From NCBI GenBank assembly GCA_013265495.1, contig MU057809.1, forward strand, positions 186,001 through 248,000: a stretch of DNA of 62,000 bases. The letters run 5' to 3'. The position numbers and the translations under genes are program-made. This document shows positions 25,521 to 37,500 of this stretch, piece after piece; position 1 is the stretch's first letter; every line of letters begins with the position of its first letter. Below the pieces are notes generated by a model, which was given only the letters and a program-made list of their open reading frames with translations, searched no databases and was not told where the DNA came from. This stretch comes from Vicugna vicugna. Lineage: Eukaryota.

Positions 25521-27867
25521 GCGCCACGCCCAGTGGGCACGCTGGGAATGCTTAAGGAAGGGGTGCATGCCCAGCGCTGGGGTCCGGGGCTCACACCATC
25601 CTTGCCCTGGGAGAAGATGGCTAGCAGGTGACGAGCCCCAGAGTGGTGGCTGCTCAGGCCGCAGAAGGGCCCCCTCTTCATCCACAGTAGGGACAGGAGA
25701 GGAGGACACGGTGCCCTGGATACGGCTGCTCTGAGTCAGGTCAAGACCCAGACATGAGGGCAACATGGGGAGTTGGAAGTGACATGCCCCAGCATTTTTC
25801 AAATTCTTTCCACTTTCTTCTTAAATGATGAATGCAATGATGCATCTTGTTAAAAAATAAATTCAATCAGTACCAGACTGAAAAATTACAGCCTCCCTAC
25901 CCCCAACCCTGGGCAGTTCTGCGCCAACTGCTGTTAACAATCTATTAGCATCCTTCCAGAATGGTCCTTGACCTGCCAAAACACCAAGGGAGTCCCTGTC
26001 CCTTCTGGTCTGCCCCTGGGGTTTTGGCTGGTTGTTTATCTTCACTTGATAACCGTCCACACCTTTCAAGTCAGCACACAGATACCCGCGCCTTTCTCTT
26101 CCGAGGCTGCGTCCCACTCAAAGGTGGATGACAGCTGGCCCCCAGGCACCAGCTGAGAGGCATTTAGGCCCTTTTCAGTCGTTTGGAACCACAAGCACAC
26201 AACCAGCACCTCTGCAAGCGTCTCCGGTGGACTCGCGCCCCTCAGCGGCACCTCTGGAACAAGGGGAAGGCGTGTGAACTGGTGATGGACCTTGCCAGCC
26301 TGCCCTCTGTGAAGACCGCGTGGGCGCCGGTCCACCAAGGCCTGCTCACCCAACCCCACCCCGTCTGGCCGACACGGGGCTTCCAGTGGGTCTTTTAGGA
26401 CCACATGGGAACACACTTTGGGTTACTTTTCAAATCACGAGACCTGTGGCATCGTGTGCTTGAACTGGTCGCACGTCTTTCTCCCCATCAGAAGGAGCCC
26501 TTTTGGGGAGAGACAGGTGACATTTCCATCCCCAGGTCCCCGTGCAGGGTCGGAATCTGCTGAGTGGAGACTGGCACCTGATGAAGACAGACTGGCCTTA
26601 ATCGTAACAACAGCTGCTCTGCTGACCGGCTACTCTGCACCAGGCTTTAGGTCACACCCCTTACGGGCATTTAATCCCCATTTCACAGCTGGGGAAGCTG
26701 CAACCCAGGGCAGTTTAATCACACCCAAGGCCACACGTGGCTTCTAGGTGGAGGACTGGGATAAACATCTAACTCTGCAGGGTTACTGCGGGCCAGGGAG
26801 GAGCAGGGAGGCCACAGAAAAGCCTTGTGGGACAAGCGGGTGCACAACGGCCTCCCAGGGGAGGGAAGGGTGTGGGTGGACAGCCTCGCCCTCTGTCTCC
26901 CAGCCCATTAAGGAGGCAAGGACACAATCCAGGGAGGTGGGAGGGAGTGAGGATTTGAGAAGAGATGTCAGGATGTGAAACAGATTCTTCTATGAGAAGA
27001 AAGGCAGGGCCAAGAGCGGCAGCCCCCACCCCGGGCTTCCTGGCCAGAGCGAAGACATCCTGGGGGTCCCAGCCTGGCTGTAGTCAAGACTGGGGTGCTG
27101 GGGCACAGGACTCACACAAAATTCAAAGGGTCACACACGACCCAGGGTGGGTCAGACACAGACCCAGTTAGTCCTGTCCAAGGGGGCCCGGAGCCCCTGG
27201 GGTCTGGCAAGGGGTCTGCACAGGGGTGCAGCAAACCCCATCAGTGTCTGCCCCTCACCCCCCACCAGCCGTCCTGGTCTGCGAGGCTGCGCTGAAGGCC
27301 CCCGGTCCCAATTACTCAAGCATCTTCTGGGCCTACGTGGGGTCCTAGACAAGCCAGGGCACCAGCCGGCCGGCAATCACTGAGCTGCGCTGAGCAGAGC
27401 TGGTTGATGGACTCCCCCAGGGCAGGGTCTGTCTGCTCCGCATCCCCTCGGCAAGGGAATCCACACGACGCAAGTCCTTGGGCAACACAGACAAGCCTGC
27501 GGCTGCAAGGTAAACCCTGGCCCCAACCTGCGGGGCCACATCCAGCGTGGGCAGGGGCTGGCTCTCCCCAGGGAGGGAGTGAGATGGACAGGGGCCAGGC
27601 CTGGGCCCCTCAGAGGGGATGTGCCTTGCCCTCGGCCTGACCCTCAGCCTCTCCTGGCACAGCAGCCATGTTCCAGGGGCTGGCGAGCACCCTGAGAGCA
27701 GGATGGATGGTTGTGGGCACCTCCCGGCAAGAAATGAGGTTGGTCCTGGAGCAGGGGCCACACTGGGTGCCAGAGGCCGGAGAGGGGAGAGGAGAGGCGG
27801 CCTGATGGAGGTGAAGACCCTGGTACCACCACCGTGTTTGCACAGCATGCTTCTGTGTTTGCTGGTT

Positions 27868-28277
27868 TATGACCCAGGCTGAATCACCTCCCCCAAAAGA
27901 TATGCCAGAGTCCTAACCTTCCTACCTGTGAACGTGGCCTTATCCGCAGACCGTCTTTGCAGATAAGCAAGTGAAGGAGAGGTCATGAGGGTGGCCCTAA
28001 ATCCAACAACCAGTGTTCTTACAAAGGGGAGATTTGGACACAGAGACACACAGGGAGAGGCCATGTGATGAGGGGGGCGGGGGGCCATGTGTCCACAAGC
28101 CAAGGAGCCCCAAGGATTGGCGGAGCCCCCCGCCTTGAGGGGAGAGGCCTGAGGAGACCCCCCTCAGAACCTCCAGGGGGAGCCAGCCTGGGCTCCTTAA
28201 CCTGGTACTAGTGGCTCCAGGTCGTGGGGGGACATTTCTGTGGTTCCAGGCCACTCAGCAGCCTGAGCAAACTCACA
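27868..28277 (+). mobile_element. MLT1 (ERVL-MaLR) solo LTR
   Basis: cccaaaagatatg..cctgtgaacgtggccttat..ctttgcagat..gggtggccctaaatccaa..gagatttggacacagagacacacagggag..ccacaagccaaggag. Confidence 0.75.
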
Positions 28278-30139
28278 GACGCTGAGTTTCTCTGCTGTGT
28301 TTGCACAACAGAGTCAGGAGACCCACAGCCACTGGCCTGTGGGTACCTGGCCTCCTGAGTGGCTTCCCATCCACCCAGGAGTGGGGCACATGGGCCCAGC
28401 GGGCTGGGGCCTCAGCCGCCCCCACAGAGCCCCATCCTCTGGGGGCTCTGACCCAGGCTGGAGGGATCCGGTTGTCCAGATCTGTCTGCCCTGGGCAGAG
28501 ATGAGAGTGCAGGGGGTGGGGTCCAGTGGCCCCGGACATCCCATAGCCAAGGCTGGCTATTTTCTTCCCGTGATGCCGCAGGAAGCCCAGGATGTGCCCC
28601 CCAGGAGCCCCTTTGGAGTAAAGCAGGTGAGATTGGCACACGGGCCTGGGACGGGGAGGGGACCCACGAAGCCCAGAGGTCTCCAGCATGAAGTCCCTCC
28701 CACCCACAGCCCAGCACAGCCCCGGGCACACAGCAGGTGCTCAGCAAATGCCAGAAGCGTGCACAGGCCCCTCCACTCAGCAGCATTCACAGAGCACCTA
28801 ATTAGGGGAGAAGACGGAGACCTCGAGGCTGTGTCCACCTCTCCTGCCAGCACCCCTGGGTTTGGGCTGCATGAGCCCCAACCCCAGCATGGCAGGTGGG
28901 GAGAGCGGGCACGGCCTTCCAGAACCAGATCCCACTCTCAAGCCCCCCGCCAGATGCGCCAGGGCTCCTGGGCTGAGCAACCACAGGTTCCGGGCTGGCA
29001 TTGGGCAAGAGGGGCCCAGAGCAGGAACCAGGACAGCTGCCGGCTCTGGCCGGAACCCTCCCGGGGCCTCAGGCAGGGCTGCAGCCCATCCCTGTGCCTG
29101 CACCCTTCCCTCCCTGCCGGGCCCGGAGGGGACGCCGGGGGTCTGCCCAGGAGTGAGGAGCTGCGGACTTGGTTAGATTGCTGGGGTCAGCCCTCCACTG
29201 GGTGCCATTTGTCAGCTGCGGGCCAGGCCTCTGCTGGGACACCAGGACAGAGATGGGGAGGCTGAGGAAGTGAGCACCCCCCAGAAGGGCGGGGATGGCT
29301 TCATGAAGCCGCTAGCATGCTTGACGGAGACATGTCTGGCCAGGAGGACCAGCTTCCTGGTGCGGCCAGGACAGTTCCTGTTTTAAAGCCGTCACCCAAT
29401 GCAACTCCCGCAGCCACCGCCCTCAGTCTCCAGCCCCAACCCCGACAGAGGGCTCAAGTTTTTTTCTCTCCAAGAGAAACACAGAAAAACCAAAAGGAAA
29501 GCTGCTCTGTGGCACAGCAGGGTCATTCAGGAGCCCTGCGTGAGAGCTCTGCATGTGCTTAACAGAGAGACATGGAGGCCCCTCCCCACCCCAAAGCCAG
29601 AGGCACAAGAGTTCACAACCCTGAAAGCAGAGGGTGAGAGGGGACAGGTCAGCAGGACCAAAGGTGCTTTCCACATGTCAGGGTGGTGCTAGCTCCGGAA
29701 GCCCCCTAGGAAGATGGGGTCTCAGGGTTGTCCCCAGACGTGACATGTGGGGTGAGGTCTCTGAGGCACAGGGCGCTAAAGGTTGCATAGTAGGTTTGGG
29801 GACATTTTAAAATATTTTTGGCTTGGTGTCCCTAGGAGAACCAGCATGTGGCACAGGGAGATGGGTGGTTCTGGAAGGCTCTTGGGGCCCCTGGGCTGCG
29901 TTCTCCCAGAGCAGTGAGCCGGAAGGTGCCCTGGCTGGGCGGGGGTGGGACCAGCCAAGAAGGTCCTCTGGGGCTGCTGCAGCTACCCGGGGCCACTCTG
30001 TGCAGTTTGGGAAGAAGGGTGAGGCTGGGCGGGGCCCATAGAAGGACACGGGGTCACTGCTGGCCCCATCCCTCTCAGCCATGACGTGGAGCTGCCGGTT
30101 TTAAGTCCACACGCTAATCAGTGCAACCCAAAGAAATCT

Positions 30140-30730
30140 CACTTATAAAGAATTCTCAAAACTCAATAGTAAAAAGGCAAGTTACCCAGTGAAGCAACGG
30201 GGAGAGGACCTGAACAGACCTTTGTCCAGGGAAGACGTACAAACAGACCCAGCGTGTGCGTGAAAAGCACTCGGCACCGCCCGCCATCCGGGAGATGGGA
30301 GGCCGCGCACTCGCGCTGGGGCGGCCGCGGTTTGCGGTGGAAACTCACCAGTGATGGTGAGGACGCGAGAAATCGGAGCCCTCATCCGCTGCTGGCGGGG
30401 GTGCAAAACGCTGCAGCCACGTGGAAACCGTTCCTCAAACAGAGTCACCATGTGACCCAGCAATTCCACTCCTAAGTACGTGCCCAGGAGACATGAAAAC
30501 ATACGTCACTCAAACACCAGTACATGAATGTCCATGGCAGCATTACCCACGGTGGCCGGAGGGGGCAGATCATGTATCCACTGACAGACGACAGACACAC
30601 GACAGGGTCCCTCCTGACAGCGGAATATGACTCAGTCACAAGGAGTGAAGCACTGACACCTGCTACAGCCTGGATGAAACTTGAACACGTGATGCTCAGT
30701 GAAAGGAATTGGTCTTCAAAGGACACATAA
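30140..30730 (+). mobile_element. L1M 3' ORF2 / 3' UTR fragment
   Basis: tataaagaattctcaaaactcaatagtaaaaag..ccatgtgacccagcaattccactcctaag..tggatgaaacttgaacacgtgatgctcagtgaaagg. Confidence 0.75.
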
Positions 30731-31849
30731 TGGCAAACAGAGCCAGCTGCCCGGACACGGACACGTCAGGACAGGCCTCGGATAGGCGGGTGGGGCGGGG
30801 CGTCTGAGGGGGACTCCAATTTCCCAGAGAGGGCCCCTCTGTCTATGCCCCACCATGTCCAACCATCCCTGAATCTTCCGTAATGAGACTGACATCCCCC
30901 CTCCCCCACCGTCCCCACTAGGAGGTGGGCTGTGTGCTCACCCTGAATCTGGGTGGGGGAGCTGTGAGTGTGCCACCAGGGAGGGTGGGTGCTTATGAGC
31001 ATAAAGGTGCAGTTTCCACCTGGCGCCCTGTCTCTGAGTCTCTGTCTCTCTGTCTCTCTCTGTCTCTGTTTTTCTGAGGGAGCCCGAGCCCCAGGTACAA
31101 AGCCGGGCTCACCTGAAGTCACCACTGTGCCAAGGCCCCATGCAGAGAGCTGGAGACAGGGATGTCCAGGCCGCCCTATCAGCCCAGCTACTGGGGTCCT
31201 CCCAGCTCAGGTGAGCCTCAGACACCAGCTGGCGAGAACCACCTGCTGACCGCAGCCGAGCCCAGGACCAGGAGAATGGTAACCCTAAAATGCCAGGTCT
31301 GAAGCTAAGTTTGGGGGGACTTCACACCCAGTGGGAGCACAGGGTGGTATCTGGAAACCCTGCCCCACAGTCCCCACACCCAGGGCTCTCTCCAAAGAGG
31401 CCGGGAAAGGCAGGGCCCAGAGGGCCCGGGGCAGACGCGGCACCTGGGCACCCTGGGCCTGGTGTGAGCCCTCCCCGAGCTCCCTCTGCCCCGGCCCCGC
31501 TTCTACGCCTGGCAGCCTCTGCCCTTGGGCACAGACTGTGGGTGTGGACAGGAGCCCCTTGCCGCCCGTCACTGTCTCCGTGGTGCCCAGCCTGCAGTGG
31601 CACCTGCTCTGGGCTGCCCCTGGGTGAGCGGGGTGTAGGCACAGGGGTGGGGGGCTTGCGGGCAGGGGGTGTGGATGAGCCTCAGCTGGGGCTCCCCGCT
31701 CCCCCAGGGGCCCCTCTCCCAGCCTGGCAGTTTTGTCAGGACGATCTGGGACCTGAGGGACACACAGCCCCGGTCCTATCTTTAATTTGCGAGTGTGGAG
31801 GCCGCTGCACACACACTGTGCCCTTTGGTGCCCCGAGGGAAACCCCCCA

Positions 31850-32470
31850 ACAGGCGACCCTCCTCAGGTGCTCCAGTGCCGCCGCCATGCGGCAGGGGCC
31901 GCCACGCCACCACCGTCTGTCCCTCATGACACCGCGGTCCACGGCGGGAAGGGGGAGGAGAGCCGGCTTCCCGGAGCGGTTGCTGCCCCNNNNNNNNNNN
32001 NNNNNNNNNNNNNNNNNNNNNNNNNNNNNNNNNNNNNNNNNNNNNNNNNNNNNNNNNNNNNNNNNNNNNNNNNNNNNNNNNNNNNNNNNNNNNNNNNNNN
32101 NNNNNNNNNNNNNNNNNNNNNNNNNNNNNNNNNNNNNNNNNNNNNNNNNNNNNNNNNNNNNNNNNNNNNNNNNNNNNNNGCCCCGCCCCTCAGCGCCGCC
32201 CCGCCCCGCCCCTGGCTTTCCTAATCCCGCGGCACCAGCCCCACCCGCAATCTCGTAACCCCGCCCAGCACCCTCAGAAGGCTCCGCCCCCGGCGCCCAG
32301 ATGCTTGGAGACCCTCCCCACCCGGGGACCGCCTGCCCGCCGGGTGCTCGCTGTGCGGACGGAGCCCCCGGGGCCTCCGCCACGGGGCCGCTCCGTCCCC
32401 AGGGCCAGAGGGATCTGCCTCGCTTTCGCGTTCAGAAACACCGGACGCCCCTGTGCTCACGTGTCTGCTG
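31850..32470. promoter_or_regulatory. Orphan CpG island with GC boxes, interrupted by an assembly gap
   Basis: CpG-rich flanks on both sides of the Ns, CCCCGCCCC boxes at 32180-32211; no recognised coding exon. Confidence 0.6.
31990..32179. other. Assembly gap (190 N)
   Basis: Run of N characters. Confidence 1.
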
Positions 32471-32530
32471 CTGCGTGAGAGCAGCGGGGCTTGTCAATCC
32501 GAAACCGAAGGTAGCGAGCAGCCCCACTGG

Positions 32531-33229
32531 TGGGAGCTGCCGGAAGGTGCTGGAAGGTGTGGGTTTGCTGCTGAGCCCCGGGGGGAGGGGGCTGTGGTTC
32601 CTGAGTCTCCCTCCAGCCCCGCTTTCTCTCCGGTCTGGACGAGCACCTGTCGCCCGAGACCCACCCCGCCAGGAACTTCCCTCCGTGGCCATTTGCAAGC
32701 CTGTGGACACAGTCCGCACACTCACCTTTGGGGGATGGGGTGGACCTATGTCCCCCCTGAACCTGGGGCAGTTGGGGACACCTACTCCAGGTGGACAGGC
32801 CTCGGGTCTCGGGCAGGAAGACAGACAGCGCAGCCCCAGCGGCTCAGCTGCTCCAGCCGGCGTTATTAGAGCCCGAAATCCCTGACCCACGAGGCCAGAG
32901 GTCCCTGCGTGGACTCAGGCGCTGACCAGAACCAGATCAGGAGGAGAGTTGAGCGGAAGGGGGTGAGAGGGGAAAGTCACCCCTGAGGGTCTGAGGCCCT
33001 TTGTAAAGTCAGACCCAGGGTCTGAGCAGCTGTGGGTCTTCCTGGAGCAGGGGTCGAGGGCCCACCTGTGCTGCTGGGGCAAGAGGTGCTTGTCCAGACC
33101 AGAGAGGAAGCGGGCGGGGCTCAGGAGAGACCCAGGAACCACGGGCTCTCCCACCCCTGCCCCCTGCAGCCCCACCCCCCAGGGCTCAGCAATAAACCCA
33201 CACCTTCCAGCACCTCCCGGCAGCTCCCA
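32531..33229. repeat. Imperfect inverted repeat; arms about 32531-32655 and 33077-33229
   Basis: Outer 48 nt are 45/48 identical as reverse complements; a second block gtggttcctg..ggtctggac(g/a)agcacct is also shared. Confidence 0.9.
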
Positions 33230-35080
33230 GGGGCAGGATTCTGCTTGCTGCCTTCCAAGTTTAGGGAGAAAACAGGAAAATGTGAAGAAAACAGGCGGCC
33301 AGGGCTTATTTCAGAGACACTTTGTTTCCCTGGACAGTCGAGGGCACACCGAGGCCAGTCTGCATCTTCAGGCTGCAGCCACAGGGCTGGGCAATAGGGG
33401 CTGAGCCTCCAAATTCAACTGCCTGACATCACAGGGCGCCCACAGCCCCATGGCAGGGGGACACTGAGGCCAGGCCTGGAGGAGCTGGGTGTCACCAGGA
33501 GAAGGAAGGGACTGGGGGAGAAGGGCAAAGGCAGGCGCCAGGGGACGCGGCACCCCCAGGCCCAAGGAACCGCCTACATGCATGTGCGGGAGCTGGTGGT
33601 GCCGAGAGGAGTCGGCCTGGTGCACTCCCGCTGCCAGGCGTGGTTCCCCTGCTCCAAACCCGACCCAGCCCGGGCGGGGCTTGGAAGCCCTGGCGACAGT
33701 TCTGGAGGGGCTGCGCTCCCAGAGCCGAGGCTGGAGGCCAGTCAGTGTGGTTACAGACAACCCACCAGGAGTTCGTGCCCCGGGCCCCTCCAGGAGGAGA
33801 GCCAGCTCCACCTGGTCACGAGGCCAGCTGTGGAGATGGCTGCTCTGCTGACAGAGAAGTGGCCACATCTGGTGTCTCGCTCGGCCTCTGAGCTCCAAGC
33901 CCGTCCAGCACCCAGTGGGGCTTGCAGGCTCCCCTCCCACCCAGGACCCACCTTCTCCACACTACGAGGTGGGGATCCCCTCTGGCCCAGGGAGCAGGTG
34001 GAGCAGAGCTGACGAAGGGGGACGTGGATGAGGCCAGCGCAGGCTGTGAGCAGGCCCGGGACCCCGGTCGTTCCTGAGGGCGCACAGCCAGGCCCTGGGC
34101 CAGACACATATGGTGCCTGACTCCTCATCTGTGAACAGGGACGGCACGTGAGCTGCCCGCAGGCCAGTCAGGACTGTCCCAGGACACAGCGGGAGGTGCA
34201 GGGGAGCCCGGCTCTGCCCCTCCCTGTGCCCCGTCTCTCCCTGCCAAGCCAGGCACTCTGCTGCCGTTCGGTGGTCCTGGTGTCCATGTCTGCTGTGCAC
34301 CAGGTCTCTCTGGATGCTGATCCCGCCCTAGTCCCAGCCAGGGGCACCAGCTGCAGACACGAGTTCAGATCCCGAGGGTCCAGAATTGGCCCCACCTTCC
34401 TGGGCGCCCACCTAACCCTGCACAACGGTGGCACTGGGCTTTCCAACCTCGGGGCACCCACAGAGCACAGCGGATACAGCCATGCGGCGCTTCTGAACGC
34501 GGGCTGGCGGGTCCTGTCCTTCCAGGCCACGAGCCGGAGGGCGAGTCTAAGGGAGCCTGGCCGCTCGATCAGCACCTGCTCGGGCCAGGCCCCTGCTCCC
34601 TGGGCGGGGATCCCTCACTGCACAGCGCAGCTGTGAAGTGATTCCATCCCCCCAGGAGAGACTTCACTCACAGAGTTATGACAGACTCACTTGTCCCCTA
34701 GCTTAGCAGAAAGTTCTTTAATGCCTCCTGTGGTAATTAAATACCTACTTTCACTGGAAGACTGATTTCAAGCACCGGGCAGGTGGAAAGACACCAGAGA
34801 CAGGAGCCCGTCCTTCCCTGTACAGGCCAGCAGGAAGCGGCACAGGGTCACTGACCTCCCACCGGGACCGACAGGGCCCCTCCCTCAAAGAGCCGATGGC
34901 GTCCACGCAGGTGGCGGCTGGCCTGCCTCAGCCAGCCCTCCGCGCTCTGTGGACCCAACACGTCAACCGGCACAGTCTTACCAGGAAAACCAGGCCGTAT
35001 AAAATTACAGCCACAGGCACTTAATTTATAGGTGACAGAAAAGTACAACTAAGCACAAGGAGCTCTTTAAAACGAGTGAT

Positions 35081-35086
35081 TTTATT
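35081..35086 (-). terminator. COX19: Candidate COX19 distal polyadenylation signal (AATAAA), implying a 3' UTR of about 4.1 kb
   Basis: tttatt on the plus strand in an AT-rich patch, followed on the minus strand by GT/T-rich sequence; first canonical signal I found downstream of the stop. Confidence 0.5.
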
Positions 35087-35469
35087 GTTTCTATAAAAAT
35101 GATACACACCTGTTATAAAACAGTCATGAAGGAACTGCCAGGTCAGGCGTCCTCGACACCTGCTGCCGTGCCCGGACCACGCTCACCAGCCGGGGCACCC
35201 AGACCCCGCACAGGAATGGGGGTCTGCACCCATGTGCAATCTGGCCCTGACTTCTGAGTCTGTCGTCCCCCAGAAGGAACAGCAAAGCAAATGCCAGATT
35301 CAGAAAAACATGGACTTCAGTCCTGAGGAAACCTACCCCATGGCCGGTTGCTGCAGATGATCAGGACAGACACACGGCTGTCTGAGAGCCGGTGCCAGCT
35401 GCTTATCACCCGGCCATGCAGGGACCCAGCACCGGGCTCACATGCCCCCCAGTCACTGTCCAGGGCTGC

Positions 35470-35900
35470 TGTCGGCAGAAGAATGGCCCCAAGTGCCCGC
35501 ATCCTGGTCCCAAAGCCCGTGAATCCAGGGCCTGACGTGGCCAACGGGACTTTGGAGAAGTGGTTGGGTCAAGGACCTTGAGGTGGGAGATGACCCTGGA
35601 CCATCCCGCCGCCCAGTGTCATCACGAGGTCCTCACAGGAGGGAGATGGGAGGACCCGGGTCAGAGAGGGGATGCGGGGAAGAGAGAGGAAACCACGCCT
35701 CGGCTCATCGTGGTGGACAGCCACGGCCAGGGAACGCAGCACCTCTCGGAGCCCGGGAAGGCAGAGGCGGGCCTCCCAGAGCCTCCGGAGGGAACCAGCC
35801 CCCGGGCGCATCTGGATTGGGCCTCTGGGCTGCAGCAGAAACGTGCTGTTTAGGGCGCCGAGTCTGCGGCGACCCGTCAGTGCAGCAGCAGGAACTGAGG
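35470..35900 (+). mobile_element. MLT1D-like MaLR LTR
   Basis: gcagaagaatggcccc..gggactttggag..aaggaccttgaggtgggagatgaccctgga..gagcctccggagggaaccagccc. Confidence 0.65.
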
Positions 35901-36559
35901 AACCTTCATGGTGGGGAGGAACCTGAGCGCTCCGAAAAAACAAAACAGACCCCGTCCTTCTAAACAGATACAGAGTCGGCAGAACCGGGGAGGGCCACGG
36001 CAGCAGAGGGGAGGGCCACACGGCCCGGGGCTGCAGTGAGCCAGGCCAAGGGGGGCTCCGCCGGCCTCACCCCCCAGGAAGGCGCTGAGCGCCGAGGTCT
36101 GACCTCGGCGGCTGCACTGCCCCCCCACCTCCTGCCTAAGGACGATGCTTGGGAAACGTCCTGGAGGTTGTCTCTGGGCGCCTTCTAGTCAGGCTGCTGG
36201 CTCGCCGTGACAAGTGTCTACAGGAGGAAAACGCAGTCTCGGCGTGACAGACGACAAGCAGCCAGAACACCTCGCAGGAGCCGAGGCAGGACAGGGCAGG
36301 GCCAGCCAGGATGTCGGGGGCCCGCAGCCTCACACTTGTAGCAACTCAGACCCAGAGAACGGCAGGCAGTGCCGGGAGGCTCTCCTCTGTCCAGAGCCCA
36401 CTGTCCCCGCCTCCAGCTTCGGGCTCCTCCGCGTCCCCTCCTGACGCCGACACCGTCGCGCCTGCCTTCTCCCTCTGAGAGTCATGAGTGTGGTTTTCAA
36501 AATGAGAGTTCACCCAGTCGTGTATGTACAAAGTTCAGCTACAGAGAGCTTAATACAAA

Positions 36560-37500
36560 GTATTTTTTTAACATTTCACTGTGAAATAATTTGACTTCTG
36601 AAAAGCTGCAAAAACAGGCCAGAGCTGTTCTGGCCCCTCCCCCAGACGACATCTCCTGTGAGCAGAGAGCACAACGCACTGGGACCAACCTGCAGGTCCT
36701 GCGGCCTCGCCGACCACCAGGGACGCTCGGCGCGGTCAGTCTCACAGCTCTGGACACTGGGCTGGGGACAGCTCCTCGGACTGTCCTCCAGGACCCAGCA
36801 CTTCTGAGAAGGGAAAGTCTCCCTCTGCAGAGCAATCCTTGGGCTGGGTCTGCCTGTGTTTCCTCATCAGACTGAGGTCGTGCACTTTTGTGGGGAAAAC
36901 CCCAGAAGTGAGGCTGTGCTTCTCAGGGCACCGGATGGGGCGGGCGCCCACACAGACAAGTCTCAGCGACGCACCTCGTGGGGCGCCCTCCGACCAGTGC
37001 GCCGCCCAACCGTCTCAGGACCCGCCGCCACCACGTTCGCGCCTTCTGTTCCCGTGGGCCCGTCTGGCTAGCCGGGCTGGGAGGCGCCACCCCTTCCCCC
37101 GCGGAGGCGTTTACCCAGGGCACGACCTCCATCAGCATGGACTCGCGGACAGTAATTTATTCCGACGGCTACAGCCCACCAGTCATTTACTTTCTTGCTC
37201 AAATTGTCCCCGATTTGACCACTGGGAGCTCCATGACGTGTTCATTCAACAAACCCCTTCGTTTTTTCAGCAATTCCTCACTTTCTGACACAAGAGGGTC
37301 CAGGGTCCTCAGGACTTTCTTGGCCCTGGGCCTGGCCTCAGCCATTTCTTCAAGGATCCCTGTTCCTCTGGTTGGACGGCGGCCTCAGATCCAGGATCCA
37401 GCCACCCGGTGCCGCTGGGTGTCACTGCCTCGGCCCCTCAGCGCCCACAGCACAGGGCGTTCATGCATGCCTGCGAGCGCACATGCACACACAGTGTCTG
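36560..37500 (-). mobile_element. L1MC-like 3' UTR remnant
   Basis: tgaaataatttgacttctgaaaagctgcaaaaacag and tgctcaaattgtccccgatttgaccactgggagc resemble reverse L1MC 3' ends. Confidence 0.5.
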
